This document shows, one piece after another, positions 23,702 to 34,426 of a stretch of DNA of 64,000 nt; the first letter of the stretch is position 1; every line of letters starts with the position of its first letter. The DNA comes from an uncultured bacterium (GTDB lineage Bacteria; Patescibacteriota; Patescibacteriia; Patescibacteriales; UBA12465). Where the stretch lies: NCBI GenBank assembly GCA_942492765.1, contig OW818634.1:217159-281158 (forward strand), written 5' to 3'. The notes beneath the pieces were generated by a model, which ran no database searches, was not told the origin of the DNA, and was given only the letters and a program-made list of their open reading frames with translations. The translations under genes were made by a program, and so were the position numbers.

Positions 23702-25531
23702 TTATGAAATAGTCGCGTTCCTGAGCTCGTCCATGAGCTCATCGAGTTTCTTAGCGTCTCCCGCCTTTTCCGCGAGCGCGATTTCGCGCTGCAGAGCCTG
23801 GACTTGGCGCTGGCGGCTGAACTTCTTAAGTTCGGAAATTATCTTAATAATCTCGGCTTTGACAGAATCAGCATTATAATCGTAGAAATCTTTTTCGCCT
23901 AGAAGCACGAGCTTGTCCAGGGTCTTTTCTGATTCTTCACCGCCTTCAGCCAAGAAGACGCGGAAGCCTTCATAGCTCAAAGAGGTAGATTTATTATAAT
24001 AGATAATCAGATTTCTGTAAAACTTAGCCAAAGGACCCTCGCTCAAAAGACTAGGGTCAAAATTACTGACGCTATAGGAGATGAATTCCGGAAATTTGAC
24101 TAGTAAAGACATCAGGAGCTCAGCCAGCTTATCTTCTCGGTTCATTTCCGGCAGTGCTTGTTCATTTTTTGGCTTATTTTCGCTATTTTTTATATTCCTA
24201 GATGTCTCTGTCTTTAATACGCCGTGTTTGGACTGCCACTTCAAGAATTCTTCGCGAGTATCCGACTCAGAAAATCCGAGCTCTTCGCTCAGCCGCTTGA
24301 GCCAATAACCCTGCTCCATCTTATTTACGACCAGATCTATCATCGTAAACATCTTCGCGCTCACGTCGCGCTTATTGTCGAGTTGAGTTAGATCTGATCC
24401 GGCGCTGACCTTCTCGAAATAATATTCCAACATCGGCTTAGCGCTCGCGACCGCTGTCTTAAATTCTTCCGGACTATTCTTCAGGCACTCGTCAGGATCC
24501 TTACCCGAGCTCAGGACGATTATCTTCAGGTTCATTTCCTGCGCGAGCACCTCCTTGATACCTCTATCAGCCGCCATCTGGCCGGCGGCATCCATATCAA
24601 AAAGCAAAGCGACATTATTCGTGAATCTCTTGATGAGCGAAACCTGTTCGGCTGTCAGCGCCGTTCCGGAAGAGGCAACGACGTTCTTAAAGCCATGGTT
24701 ATGGCAAGAAATAGCGTCCATCTGGCCTTCAACGACGATAGCCAGGTCTGCCTGCCTGATGGCGCTCTTGGCCTTGTTCAGAGCGAAGAGGACGCGACTC
24801 TTATCATAGATCTTAGTCTGCGGGCTATTGATATACTTCCCCATCTTCTCCGTCGCTTCCTTGGCCGGATTGACGCGAGCGGTAAAAGCGATAAGGTTAT
24901 TGTTCACATCCCAGATCGGAAACATGATGCGGTCGCGGAAACGGTCATAATAGCCGCGGCTGCCGGCCCTAGCCTCTTTCTTGATGGCTAAGCCCGCCAA
25001 GACGATCTCTTCGTCGCTATATTTCTTGCCGGTCAAAGGACGGGCTTTCAGGAAATCATATAAGCCGCTCCAGGAATCAAGGCTATAGCCCAGCTGCCAG
25101 TCGCTGATATTCTCGTCGCTCAGGCCGCGCTGCAAGAGATAGGCGCGCGCCTCGCGGCCGGTCGGGGTCGTTAGGATATGAGCATAATATTTTCCTGCCA
25201 GCTCCATGATGTCTAAAAGGCGGTTGCGCTCGGAATAATCCTGCTGGTTCTCATATTGCAGAGTCACGCCGGCTTTCGGAGCGAGCAAGCGCAGAGTCTC
25301 CATGAAGCCTAAGCCTTCCTTCTCCATGACAAAAGCGAAGACGTCGCCGCCGCGGCCGCAGCCGAAGCAATGCCAGATCTGCTTTTCCGGAGATATTACA
25401 AAAGACGGGGATTTCTCGTTATGGAACGGACAGAGCGCTTGAAAATTAGCGCCAGTCGCCTTAACGGGAATATATTCCCTGATGACTTCGACGATGTCCA
25501 ATTTTGATTTTATCTCCTCTGATTGGCTCAT
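23702..25531 (-). CDS. dnaG: DNA primase DnaG
   Basis: Zinc finger CPFHNEKSPSF...CFGCG, TOPRIM EGQMDAIS, DnaB-interaction C-terminus. Confidence 0.95.
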   Translation of the reverse strand: MSQSEEIKSKLDIVEVIREYIPVKATGANFQALCPFHNEKSPSFVISPEKQIWHCFGCGRGGDVFAFVMEKEGLGFMETLRLLAPKAGVTLQYENQQDYSERNRLLDIMELAGKYYAHILTTPTGREARAYLLQRGLSDENISDWQLGYSLDSWSGLYDFLKARPLTGKKYSDEEIVLAGLAIKKEARAGSRGYYDRFRDRIMFPIWDVNNNLIAFTARVNPAKEATEKMGKYINSPQTKIYDKSRVLFALNKAKSAIRQADLAIVVEGQMDAISCHNHGFKNVVASSGTALTAEQVSLIKRFTNNVALLFDMDAAGQMAADRGIKEVLAQEMNLKIIVLSSGKDPDECLKNSPEEFKTAVASAKPMLEYYFEKVSAGSDLTQLDNKRDVSAKMFTMIDLVVNKMEQGYWLKRLSEELGFSESDTREEFLKWQSKHGVLKTETSRNIKNSENKPKNEQALPEMNREDKLAELLMSLLVKFPEFISYSVSNFDPSLLSEGPLAKFYRNLIIYYNKSTSLSYEGFRVFLAEGGEESEKTLDKLVLLGEKDFYDYNADSVKAEIIKIISELKKFSRQRQVQALQREIALAEKAGDAKKLDELMDELRNATIS

Positions 25532-25857
25532 ATGAATAAATCCGGCAATATTAAGCTCTTTAAGCGGGCTAATTCGTTCTCTACCAAATCTCCATCGTAT
25601 TCCGCGTTATGGCGGCTGAAGCCCTGATAGCCTGGGCGCTTCTGATCTAGATGCAGATTAAAGGTGACCATATCCTGACCGCTATTATCTTTCGCCTCCG
25701 TAAAATATATATGAAAACGCGGATAGAAATCACGGCTCAAGCGGCGGGCAAAGCTTTCCTGCCCGTCTTCGCGCTCCGGAATAAAGACATAACCGGCATG
25801 GCGCAGCCAGATTGCGGGCACTTCTCCTAATTGTCTCTTATTAACAAGCAATTTCAT
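25528..25857 (-). CDS. hypothetical 109-aa protein translationally coupled to dnaG
   Basis: ORF track; its stop overlaps the dnaG start by 4 nt. Confidence 0.55.
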   Translation of the reverse strand: MKLLVNKRQLGEVPAIWLRHAGYVFIPEREDGQESFARRLSRDFYPRFHIYFTEAKDNSGQDMVTFNLHLDQKRPGYQGFSRHNAEYDGDLVENELARLKSLILPDLFI

Positions 25858-26326
25858 TTTTGTCTGTCCTAAATACTAAGAATTTATAAACTAAGAAGCT
25901 CCAGAAACCGAGGGAGAGATTAACGATGATCTGAGCCAAGAGATACCAGACTCTATATTTATTGACGAGCACGTGCATGAAGAAGCCGTTCAGATTCAAG
26001 CAGATAAAGGCATTGAGGATATAAAAGAATAATTGTCCGACGACCCGATCATGCCGATAATTCCGGAAGGTCCAGAACTTCTGCAGCGTGAAGCTGATCA
26101 GGAAAGAAAGAATGAAGGCGGCGCTAGTGGAGAATACCAAGCCCCATTTCAAGAGGCCATGGAAAAAGAATAGAAGTATCAGATCCGTCCCGCCAGCCAC
26201 GCAGCCGGCAAAGAAGAACTTGATGACTGACTTATGGCGATTGCAAAAATCATAAAGCCTAGGGCAGCGGCTGGCAAAATAATCTCGAAAACGGAAATAG
26301 AGGCGGTTGATCGCGGGCATAAGCAA
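25841..26326 (-). CDS. GtrA family membrane protein
   Basis: 161 aa, 4 TM, GtrA-like FFFAGCVAGGTDL and FLVYKFLVF strings. Confidence 0.8.
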   Translation of the reverse strand: MLMPAINRLYFRFRDYFASRCPRLYDFCNRHKSVIKFFFAGCVAGGTDLILLFFFHGLLKWGLVFSTSAAFILSFLISFTLQKFWTFRNYRHDRVVGQLFFYILNAFICLNLNGFFMHVLVNKYRVWYLLAQIIVNLSLGFWSFLVYKFLVFRTDKNEIAC

Positions 26327-26340
26327 ATTACTTAATAAAA

Positions 26341-27210
26341 TTATTTAGTCCAATCATAATTAGTGAAAACCCAATTAGCCAGGCTCTTGCTGTCCTTGAA
26401 GCGCCCGTTCTTATCCTGGCTATTAAGCACGACTGAAATCACTTCGCGACCCGCGCCGTTCTTCAGGCGGCCGACAAAACAATACCCAGCCTTCTCAGTA
26501 TAACCGGTCTTCCCTCCTAGAACAGTCAGAGTCTTCTCGCCCGAATCGAATAGGAGATAATCAGTAGACTCGATCTTTTTCTCTCGGCCGTTCACAGTCA
26601 TAAAACTATAATCAGCCCTAGTAGTCGCTTCGCTAATTTCACTGCGCTTGAAAGCCGCTTGCGCCAAGAGCGCGACTTCACGCGCTGTCGATAGGTTATA
26701 TTCGCTTAGGCCGATAGGGTCAGAAAACGAGGTCTGTTTGAGTCCTAGCCTCTCCGCTCGCTCATTCATCTTTTTAACGAACTCCTCTTCGCTCAGCCCG
26801 CTGGCATGGACCAGGGCTAGCGTCGCGCCATTATCAGAGGCTACCAAACTCGTATAAAATATGTCCTTGATAGTCACTTTATCTCCCAAGAAAAGGTTCA
26901 AGCGTCCGCCTTCGACCTTGTCCGCTTCGGTAATCGTATACTCTTGGTCCCAGCCCGGATTATTATCCAGGAAGACCAGGGCGGTCATGAGTTTAGTGAT
27001 GCTCGCGATCGGCTGCGGCTCGTCCGCTTTCTCCGTAAACAGAAAAAAACGGTCATTAGCGGCCAAAACCGCGCCTCTTTCCGCAGATATTTCCGCGCGC
27101 TTCGCGGCTGGATCCAAGACTAGGCTGCCAGCGCCAGCAGTGACCGCCGGAACGCCGTGAAGCCCGAAAAACAGGGTGGTGATTATATTGGCTATAGCTG
27201 TCCAAAACAT
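26341..27210 (-). CDS. D-alanyl-D-alanine carboxypeptidase (peptidase S11, PBP5-like)
   Basis: SITK, SDN and KTG motifs all present in order. Confidence 0.85.
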   Translation of the reverse strand: MFWTAIANIITTLFFGLHGVPAVTAGAGSLVLDPAAKRAEISAERGAVLAANDRFFLFTEKADEPQPIASITKLMTALVFLDNNPGWDQEYTITEADKVEGGRLNLFLGDKVTIKDIFYTSLVASDNGATLALVHASGLSEEEFVKKMNERAERLGLKQTSFSDPIGLSEYNLSTAREVALLAQAAFKRSEISEATTRADYSFMTVNGREKKIESTDYLLFDSGEKTLTVLGGKTGYTEKAGYCFVGRLKNGAGREVISVVLNSQDKNGRFKDSKSLANWVFTNYDWTK

Positions 27211-27220
27211 CTTGGTGTAA

Positions 27221-27769
27221 TTAATTTTTATCTTCCGTGGCGGCCAAAACCGTGTTCAGGGATTCGGCAGAATTAAGCTTGGTATAATCCGGCAGATCTT
27301 CTATACTTCCTAACCCGAGGAAGCGGACGAAATCATGGGTGACAGTATAATAATTCTCGTTCTTTGATTTTTCAAATTTCTCTTCGATCAAGCCGCGCAA
27401 GAGCAGATTGCGGATAATCAAACTGCAATTGACGCCTCTGATCCTCTCTAATTCGAGCTTCGCGATCGGCCCGCGATAAGCGATAATAGTCAGGGCCTCT
27501 AGGCTCGGCTGGGATAATTCCCCGCTGGTTTCATCCTTGAGAAATTCTTGGACTAGGGACGCGTTATCAGCCGCGGTCGTCAGCTGATACTGGCCGTTAT
27601 TCTTGATGATCGTTAAGCCGCGCTCGCCCTGAGCGTAATCGGCCATGAGTTCGTCCAGTGCTCCTTCTAAATCCTTGGCCGATGCGTTCATAGCCGCGGC
27701 TAGCTCTTTCAGGGACAAGGGCTTAAGGGAGACGAATAATAATGATTCTGCTTGTGATTTTAACGACAT
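27221..27769 (-). CDS. scpB: segregation and condensation protein B
   Basis: 182 aa; ESLLFVS...PLS...L and AYRGPI...E.IRGV ScpB pattern; follows scpA. Confidence 0.9.
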   Translation of the reverse strand: MSLKSQAESLLFVSLKPLSLKELAAAMNASAKDLEGALDELMADYAQGERGLTIIKNNGQYQLTTAADNASLVQEFLKDETSGELSQPSLEALTIIAYRGPIAKLELERIRGVNCSLIIRNLLLRGLIEEKFEKSKNENYYTVTHDFVRFLGLGSIEDLPDYTKLNSAESLNTVLAATEDKN

Positions 27770-27771
27770 AA

Positions 27772-28530
27772 TTAGATTTGATTAGTTAGGGCCGCGGCCT
27801 CATCCGGCCGGCTGATAAGGATCTCGCTGAACAGCTCGTCCTGCTCGAAGAATAATTCTTTCTGCTTCGCCAGTTCTAGGACGGCTAAGAAGCTCACGAT
27901 CACTTCCGTCCGCGTCGCGGCTGAAGCGAGCAGCCTCGAGAAATTCACCTTGATCTTATTGGAAATCATCTCCTTGATCGAAGCGATCTTGTCATCGATG
28001 TTTATTTTCGGCTCTAGCGTTCTCTCGGGCAATTTCTCTTCTTGCCTCTTCGCCAGCTGCTTTTCTAAATTATCGAGCAGCATCAGGAATTTCTCATGAA
28101 GCAAGGCGGAATTAAGCTTAGCGGGCGGGCAGAAGACCGGGAGATTAAAGCCGACGCGGCGATTCTTCGTCAGCGGCGGCAAGAAGGAGCGGCGCGGCGA
28201 CAAGACCAGTTCCTTGACCTTCTGGCTGGCGGCGACAAATTCCTTATACATCCGGAGCTGCCTTTCTAAGTCATTAATCTCTTCCTCTTCTTCGCCGGCA
28301 TAGAGATACGGCAGGAGGGCTTTTGATTTTATGAACAATAATTTAGCGGCGATAACGAGAAAATCCGCCAATTCTTCGGGATCTATCCCCTGATTGGCGC
28401 GGACATAAGCGACATATTCATCAGCGATCTTCGCCAACGCGATTTCGGTTATATCCATCTCTTCGCTCTCGATCAGGCTAAGCAGCAGGCCGAGCGGTCC
28501 GGAAAATTTTTCAGTCGTTACATCCATCAT
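27772..28530 (-). CDS. scpA: segregation and condensation protein A
   Basis: 252 aa; F.GPL.LLL.LI....DI.EI.LA.I...Y ScpA N-terminus. Confidence 0.9.
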   Translation of the reverse strand: MMDVTTEKFSGPLGLLLSLIESEEMDITEIALAKIADEYVAYVRANQGIDPEELADFLVIAAKLLFIKSKALLPYLYAGEEEEEINDLERQLRMYKEFVAASQKVKELVLSPRRSFLPPLTKNRRVGFNLPVFCPPAKLNSALLHEKFLMLLDNLEKQLAKRQEEKLPERTLEPKINIDDKIASIKEMISNKIKVNFSRLLASAATRTEVIVSFLAVLELAKQKELFFEQDELFSEILISRPDEAAALTNQI

Positions 28531-28532
28531 AA

Positions 28533-29462
28533 TTATCTGATTGTTTCTACGGCTTTAACGGCGTTATAGAGATTGCCGCGCAGGCATTGATAGCCGGCTC
28601 GATGTTCCTTGCTATTGACGTCCATGCCGACATAAGAAGTCGCCTGCTTGGCGTTCTCCTCGATCGAATCGATGCGGAAAGTCGCGCACATCTCGAATTC
28701 CTTCTCGCTGATCTTATTATAAGCTATCGGCGCTTTAGTTTCCGGATCGATCATGGCGCTCGCGTTGATATAGATATTCTTATCAGTCTTGAGCTCTTCG
28801 AGATTCAACGGCAATTTCTTATTGCGGTCATAATAGCTGTTCACGGCGTTCTCGATATTATAGATATTCTGGACTAAGGCTTGATCGAGGCGGCGATTGC
28901 GGGCGGTCTTCGGCGATTCGACGAAGAACCAGGCGGCGACAAAAGCGGCAATGACGCAAGCCAAGGTCGCGAAGAAGAAGATCTTCACGACTTTATCAGC
29001 CTTATCCGGATTCTCGCGCTTGATGTCATAGAAATAAAAAGAGAAGCAGGCTCCGGAGATGAAAAGCATAGTCAAAGCCTTGAAGATGAAGCGGCTGGTC
29101 AATTCGCCTGATAAGAAATTATTGATGACGCCGATGAAGACGCCCAGGATTATCATCGCAGATATGAGGATAATGAAATAAGTGAGCCAGCGGCGGATTG
29201 CGGAATCCTTTTCCAATTCCCCTTTATGCAGCCCGCGATGGATCAGATGAGAAATGAAATAGAAGATCGGCGCGGCGATGAAGAGCGCGGAAATCGCGAA
29301 CTTCAGCTGGCCGTCAACGCTGCTATAGCTATTCAGGACGTCGGGAATGACCTTGTCGATGATGCTGAAGATGATCATGCCGAAAGCTAGCGCCGTAAAG
29401 ATGAGCGCGACGAGCGACAGCAGGTAATAAAAAGCGTACTTGGCGTTGTGCTTGTTATTCAT
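28533..29462 (-). CDS. DUF5671 domain membrane protein (start placed at internal Met; track ORF extends to 29618)
   Basis: MNNKHNAKYAFYYLLSLVAL is the typical DUF5671 N-terminus; the longer track ORF would overlap the asnS 3' end by 44 nt; ATGATG at 29565-29570 is an alternative start. Confidence 0.7.
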   Translation of the reverse strand: MNNKHNAKYAFYYLLSLVALIFTALAFGMIIFSIIDKVIPDVLNSYSSVDGQLKFAISALFIAAPIFYFISHLIHRGLHKGELEKDSAIRRWLTYFIILISAMIILGVFIGVINNFLSGELTSRFIFKALTMLFISGACFSFYFYDIKRENPDKADKVVKIFFFATLACVIAAFVAAWFFVESPKTARNRRLDQALVQNIYNIENAVNSYYDRNKKLPLNLEELKTDKNIYINASAMIDPETKAPIAYNKISEKEFEMCATFRIDSIEENAKQATSYVGMDVNSKEHRAGYQCLRGNLYNAVKAVETIR

Positions 29463-29574
29463 ATGATTATTATGCCCTTCCCGAAGCGCCAAGATAATCG
29501 AGATTATCAGAAGCGCGGGAAGAGGTAAAATTATAAAAGCGAATAGCATAGAGCTCGGTGCCCACATCATAAGC

Positions 29575-30966
29575 TTAGAATTCGGCGTTCTTAGGCGTGC
29601 GCGGGAACGGGATGACATCGCGGATATTGGCCATGCCAGTCAGATACATTATGGCCCGCTCGAAGCCGAGGCCGAAGCCGGCATGCTTGACCGAGCCGAA
29701 ACGGCGCAGATCCAGATACCACTGATAATCTTCCAGCTTCATATTCATCTCCTCCATGCGCTTTATGAGCTTATCAAGATTCTCTTCCCTCTGGCTGCCG
29801 CCGATGAGCTCGCCGATGCCTGGAACCAATAAGTCCATAGCGGCAACGGTCTTACCATCATCGTTCAGGCGCATATAGAAAGCTTTAATGTCTTTAGGAT
29901 AATCAATGACGAAGACCGGCTTCTGAAAGACTTTATCAGTCAGATAACGCTCATGTTCGGTCTGCAGATCGATTCCCCATTTTACCGGGAAAGCGAATTT
30001 CTCGCCGGATTTTTCTAAGATAGCGATCGCTTCGGTATAAGTGACGCGGCCGAATTCGGCGCTAACGATATTGTTCAGACGTTCTAAGAGACCGGTGTCG
30101 ATGAACTTATTGAAGAACTCCATCTCTTCCGGCAATTCTTTCAAGACATGAGCGATCAGGTATTTCAGCATCTTTTCGGCGAGCGCCATATCATCTTCTA
30201 AATCGGCGAAAGCCATCTCCGGCTCCATCATCCAGAATTCGGAAGCGTGGCGGGTCGTATTCGAATTTTCCGCGCGGAAGGTCGGACCGAAAGTATAGAC
30301 CTTATTCAAGCCCATGACCAAGGCTTCGGCATTAAGCTGGCCGCTGACGGTCAGGCCGGCCTTCTTGCCGAAAAAATCTTCGCTATAATCAATCTCGCCT
30401 TTCTTGTCTTTAGGGGTATTCTTCAAGTCCAAAGTAGTCACCTGAAACATCTCGCCCGCGCCTTCGGCGTCACTCGTAGAAATTATCGGGGTATGGACAT
30501 AAGAGAAGCCTTCTTCCTGGAAAAATTTATGGATAGCGTAACTAAGGGAAGAGCGCAGGCGGAAGACAGCGGAAAAAGTATTGCTGCGGCCGCGCAGATG
30601 CGCGATCTCGCGCAAGAATTCAAAGCTATGCTTTTTTTTCTGGAGCGGATAATCTTCTGGGGCGCGGCTGATGACCGTGATGGTCTCAGCCTTGAGCTCG
30701 AAAGCTTGGCCGGCCGCGGGAGACGCGACGAGTTCGCCGGCGACTTCCAAAGACGAGCCGACGCTGATATTTTCCACTTCGGAAAAATTCTTCAGGCCGC
30801 CCTCGAAGACGATCTGCAGGCTCTTGAAGAATGAGCCGTCATTAAGTTCGATAAAGCCAAATTCTTTCGAAGAACGCGCGGTTCTGACCCAGCCAGCAAC
30901 ACCGATCTTCTTATTAAGATAAGCTGGCGTCTCTTTGTATAATGATCTTATAGAAGTGTAAGGCAT
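29575..30966 (-). CDS. asnS: asparagine--tRNA ligase
   Basis: 463 aa class IIb; [21 protein letters not shown] and C-terminal [27 protein letters not shown]. Confidence 0.9.
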   Translation of the reverse strand: MPYTSIRSLYKETPAYLNKKIGVAGWVRTARSSKEFGFIELNDGSFFKSLQIVFEGGLKNFSEVENISVGSSLEVAGELVASPAAGQAFELKAETITVISRAPEDYPLQKKKHSFEFLREIAHLRGRSNTFSAVFRLRSSLSYAIHKFFQEEGFSYVHTPIISTSDAEGAGEMFQVTTLDLKNTPKDKKGEIDYSEDFFGKKAGLTVSGQLNAEALVMGLNKVYTFGPTFRAENSNTTRHASEFWMMEPEMAFADLEDDMALAEKMLKYLIAHVLKELPEEMEFFNKFIDTGLLERLNNIVSAEFGRVTYTEAIAILEKSGEKFAFPVKWGIDLQTEHERYLTDKVFQKPVFVIDYPKDIKAFYMRLNDDGKTVAAMDLLVPGIGELIGGSQREENLDKLIKRMEEMNMKLEDYQWYLDLRRFGSVKHAGFGLGFERAIMYLTGMANIRDVIPFPRTPKNAEF

Positions 30967-30991
30967 ATGAAAAATAATAAATTACGGAAAA

Positions 30992-32293
30992 TTACGGAGT
31001 CAATCTCTTGACGTCTCGAGGCAGGAAGCAGGCTTCCTTGACGCTCGGCAGATCCAGCATCTTCATCACGATGCGCCCCGGCCCCATGCCGATGCCGCTA
31101 TGTCCTGGGCAGCCGTAGCGGAAGAAATTCAGATAATTCTCCAGCTCTTCCAGATTCATACCCTTCTCGACCGCTTGCTTCTCTAAGACATCTATTCTGT
31201 GCTCGCGCTGCGAGCCGGTCGTAATCTCTAAGCCGCGATAGAGCAAGTCGAAACTCTTGGTCAATTCCGGATTATCCTGATGGCGCATATGATAGAAAGG
31301 GCGAGCGGCAATCGGATAATCGGTCACGAAGACGAAATCATGGCCGGTCTCTTGCTTGATGATATTGCCTAATTCCTTCTCTTCTTCGGTCGAGAAATCA
31401 AAATCCTTCTCGCTCTTTATTCCGGCCGCTTTTAATTTTTCCTTAGCGGCCGCGAGAGTGATCTTTGGGAAAGGCTTGGACGGAACTTCAACGGCTAATC
31501 CCAAATCTTCCTTGACCTTGGTAAATCCGGAAATCAAGAGATCCTCCTCGATGCTCATCACTTCATTATAGTCGATGAAAGAGACTTCGAGATCCCAGCC
31601 GGTGAATTCAGTCACATGGCGGCTGGTAAAAGACGGTTCGGCGCGAAAGACCGTGCCGACCATGAAAACTTTTTCTAAGCCGGAAGCCATGGCCATCTGC
31701 TTATAAAATTGAGGGGATTGGGAAAGATAAGCCTTGCGGTCGAAGTATTTCACTTCAAAGACTTCGGAACCGGTTTCAGAAGCGGTATTCATGAAGCACG
31801 GCGTATAGATCTGGATAAAATTATTCTTCAGCCAATACTCGCGGCAGCCCGCTTCCAGCTTTGTCCAAACCTTGAAGATGAGCTGATGCTCTTCTTGACG
31901 CAAATCCAGCCAGCGCCAGTCAAAACGGTTTTCCGAATTCGCTTCATTATCCGCTTTTGTCAGGACCGGAATCGGCAGATTCTCGTTCGCTAAAGAAATC
32001 AGCTCCGCGCTGGAAGCGGCGAGCTCAAAATCTTTGACCGGATTCGGATCATTCTTCTTAGCTGGCTTTTCCTGCAGAGTTCCGATGACGGTGATGACGC
32101 TTTCGAGGGTCAATTTCTCCGCCAATTCATAACCGCCTTGGCCAGACACGAAAACGACCTGCATCGATCCGGAAATATCGCGCAGATCCACGAAGACTAT
32201 GCCTTTATGGGCGCGCAAATTCCTGACCCAGCCCGAGACAGTCACTTCTCCGCTGCCTTGTTTTTTAGCATCAGCAATCAATATCCTTGACAT
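30992..32293 (-). CDS. aspS: aspartate--tRNA ligase, archaeal/eukaryotic type (short form)
   Basis: 433 aa, lacks the bacterial insertion domain; FRAEPSFTSRH, GSQREH, GIGMGPGRIVM. Confidence 0.9.
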   Translation of the reverse strand: MSRILIADAKKQGSGEVTVSGWVRNLRAHKGIVFVDLRDISGSMQVVFVSGQGGYELAEKLTLESVITVIGTLQEKPAKKNDPNPVKDFELAASSAELISLANENLPIPVLTKADNEANSENRFDWRWLDLRQEEHQLIFKVWTKLEAGCREYWLKNNFIQIYTPCFMNTASETGSEVFEVKYFDRKAYLSQSPQFYKQMAMASGLEKVFMVGTVFRAEPSFTSRHVTEFTGWDLEVSFIDYNEVMSIEEDLLISGFTKVKEDLGLAVEVPSKPFPKITLAAAKEKLKAAGIKSEKDFDFSTEEEKELGNIIKQETGHDFVFVTDYPIAARPFYHMRHQDNPELTKSFDLLYRGLEITTGSQREHRIDVLEKQAVEKGMNLEELENYLNFFRYGCPGHSGIGMGPGRIVMKMLDLPSVKEACFLPRDVKRLTP

Positions 32294-32393
32294 AAATAAA
32301 AATAGTTTTTAATTTGCGTATGCCAAATTAAAACTTAGATTATGCGTATTTTTTTATACTTAAATATTAACTTATTTTCGAGATTTTAGCAAG

Positions 32394-32423
32394 AAAAAAA
32401 CAGCCTTATTACAGCTGTTTTTT
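32394..32423 (-). terminator. intrinsic terminator after recO
   Basis: AAACAGC-N9-GCTGTTT flanked by A7 and T6 runs. Confidence 0.7.
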
Positions 32424-32432
32424 ATGAATATT

Positions 32433-33176
32433 TTAGAAGTGGAAGATCATAAATTTATCTAGAAGCCCGCTGATTTCTTTCAGGGTCTTATTGTCTATCT
32501 TTAATTTTTCTACCGCTTTAAACCGGTTATCGCCCATAAAACGCAGCAATTTGATACAATTATCTGTTATTGTCAATAATTCAGTTCTAGGAATGCCCCC
32601 GGCCAGGCGGCCTTTCTCAAAACATTCGCCACAGACCAAGCCGCCGCTAGCCAGATTAAAATGATTCTTACCTGGAGCGATTGCCTGAGAGCATTCTAAG
32701 CAATGATGCATTTCTGGCTTATAACCTAATTCCGCCAATAATTTTATCATGAAGAAAGCTAGGGCTAGCTCTCCGTTCTCTCTCTTGAAGCCAGAAAAAT
32801 CGTTTAATATCTCAAGCCAGCGCTCCAATAAAAAAAACAAGCGTTCATCGCTCTGGTTCTCTTTAATAAGGCGGCTGAACAGGCTGAGCGCTTGACCGGC
32901 GTAATAAAGTTTATTCAGGTCTTCCCTGATTCCGGGGTACGAATTGCGCATGATAGCGCTGCCGATATAATCAAAGCCTTTGCCGCTGACGATCATGAGA
33001 TCAACGGCGGCTAACGGCTCGATATGCCCCGCTAATTTAGAGCCGGCTTTCTTAGTGCCGCGCGCGACCAGCAGCAATTTTCCGAAATAAGGAGTATAGA
33101 CGGTCACCAAGCTGTCATTTTCCTTATAGTCTTGGCGATTAAGTATCAAGGCTGGAGTGTTCTTTGTCTCATCCAT
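32433..33176 (-). CDS. recO: DNA repair protein RecO
   Basis: 247 aa; OB-fold N-terminus, zinc motif CLECS...CGEC. Confidence 0.85.
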   Translation of the reverse strand: MDETKNTPALILNRQDYKENDSLVTVYTPYFGKLLLVARGTKKAGSKLAGHIEPLAAVDLMIVSGKGFDYIGSAIMRNSYPGIREDLNKLYYAGQALSLFSRLIKENQSDERLFFLLERWLEILNDFSGFKRENGELALAFFMIKLLAELGYKPEMHHCLECSQAIAPGKNHFNLASGGLVCGECFEKGRLAGGIPRTELLTITDNCIKLLRFMGDNRFKAVEKLKIDNKTLKEISGLLDKFMIFHF

Positions 33177-33182
33177 AGTCTA

Positions 33183-33572
33183 TTATTTACTAGGTTTGTC
33201 CAGATAGCTTTGGAGTATTATTGATGCGGCGATTTCGTCTCGCCCGGCTGTTTCCTTGTCTTCTCCTCCCAAGGCGTCAGCCGCCAGACTGCTTAAGCGT
33301 TCATCGACAGTCTCGACTGGCAAGCCGCTTTTTTCCTTTAGCTGCGCGACAAAACTGACCCAAGCCGGATTATTAGCTGCTTCCCCGCTCATCTTCTGCG
33401 GCGCACCGATGATAATGACATTAGTTTCTTCTTCTTTGAGGACGCTGAGCAATTCCGCTAGATTAGCGACCGTTTTCAAAGGCAAGGCTAGCTTCACTTC
33501 GCTATCAGCCGTAGCTAAGCCGATCCGCTTCTCGCCCCAGTCTACGCCTAAATAATTTAAGATCTTATCCAT
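33183..33572 (-). CDS. ruvX: Holliday junction resolvase-like / pre-16S rRNA nuclease RuvX (YqgF)
   Basis: 129 aa; LGVDWGEKRIGLATAD...IIIGAP...DERLSS. Confidence 0.85.
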   Translation of the reverse strand: MDKILNYLGVDWGEKRIGLATADSEVKLALPLKTVANLAELLSVLKEEETNVIIIGAPQKMSGEAANNPAWVSFVAQLKEKSGLPVETVDERLSSLAADALGGEDKETAGRDEIAASIILQSYLDKPSK

Positions 33573-33590
33573 ATAGTTTTTTTATGCTTC

Positions 33591-34421
33591 TTATTTAGTC
33601 AGAACCTCTCCGCCCTTCTCTGTTACCGCTATCGTATGTTCGAAATGAGCGCTGAGCGAGCCATCGGCGGTCAAGACCGTATAATCGTTAGGGGCTATCT
33701 CCACGCGCCAATCACCCTCGTTTATCATCGGCTCGATCGCGATAACCATACCCGGACGCAAGACGACATTTTCGGAACTGCGCTCGCTGATCTCGAAATT
33801 GAAGACATCCGGCTTCTCGTGGGCCAGGTAGCCGACGCCGTGGCCGACTAAATCGCGGACGACGCCATAGCCATGGCTCTCAGCATAGCCTGAAACCGCT
33901 CGGGCGATATCATTGATCGTATTGCCCGGTTTTACAGCCTTAATGGCCAATTCTAAGCATTTTTGGGACACCTGCAGCAGTTTCTTGGCGCTGGCGCTGA
34001 TCTTGCCGACTCCGACCGTCGCGCACATATCTGTGAAAAATCCGCCATTCTTAGTATGGGAATTAGCCGGTAATTTATATTTCGCTCTTATTTCTGGATC
34101 AACCGGCCATTCCATGCCGATATCGAGATCGACGATATCGCCGCTCTTAAGGGTCCTAACCGGATAAGCCGCGCCGTGGACGACCTCGTCGTTAATAGAG
34201 ACGCATAAAGTCGAGGGAAAGAATATTCCGCCGCCCATAGGATAATTCTTAAAAGCAGAACGGCCGCCTTCCTTGGCGATGAGCTTATTAGCCATATCTT
34301 CGAGATAGCCGGTATCGACTCCGGGCTTCACTTCGGATAATAATTTTTTAAGGATAGACGCTAAGCGCTTCCCGCCCTCTTTGATAGCTCTGATCTCTGC
34401 GGCTGATTTTATATAAACCAT
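33591..34421 (-). CDS. map: type I methionine aminopeptidase
   Basis: 276 aa; VHG, DIVDLD, GHGVG, IEPM and EHT metal-site motifs. Confidence 0.95.
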   Translation of the reverse strand: MVYIKSAAEIRAIKEGGKRLASILKKLLSEVKPGVDTGYLEDMANKLIAKEGGRSAFKNYPMGGGIFFPSTLCVSINDEVVHGAAYPVRTLKSGDIVDLDIGMEWPVDPEIRAKYKLPANSHTKNGGFFTDMCATVGVGKISASAKKLLQVSQKCLELAIKAVKPGNTINDIARAVSGYAESHGYGVVRDLVGHGVGYLAHEKPDVFNFEISERSSENVVLRPGMVIAIEPMINEGDWRVEIAPNDYTVLTADGSLSAHFEHTIAVTEKGGEVLTK

Positions 34422-34426
34422 ATTTT

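Noticed and set aside
28533-29618. The track ORF for the DUF5671 protein extends 52 codons upstream, overlapping the asnS 3' end.
   Set aside because: The family-typical N-terminus (MNNKHNAKYAFYYLL) starts at 29462. An intermediate ATGATG at 29565-29570 would add one more TM-like helix and cannot be excluded. The full 361-aa version is unlikely.
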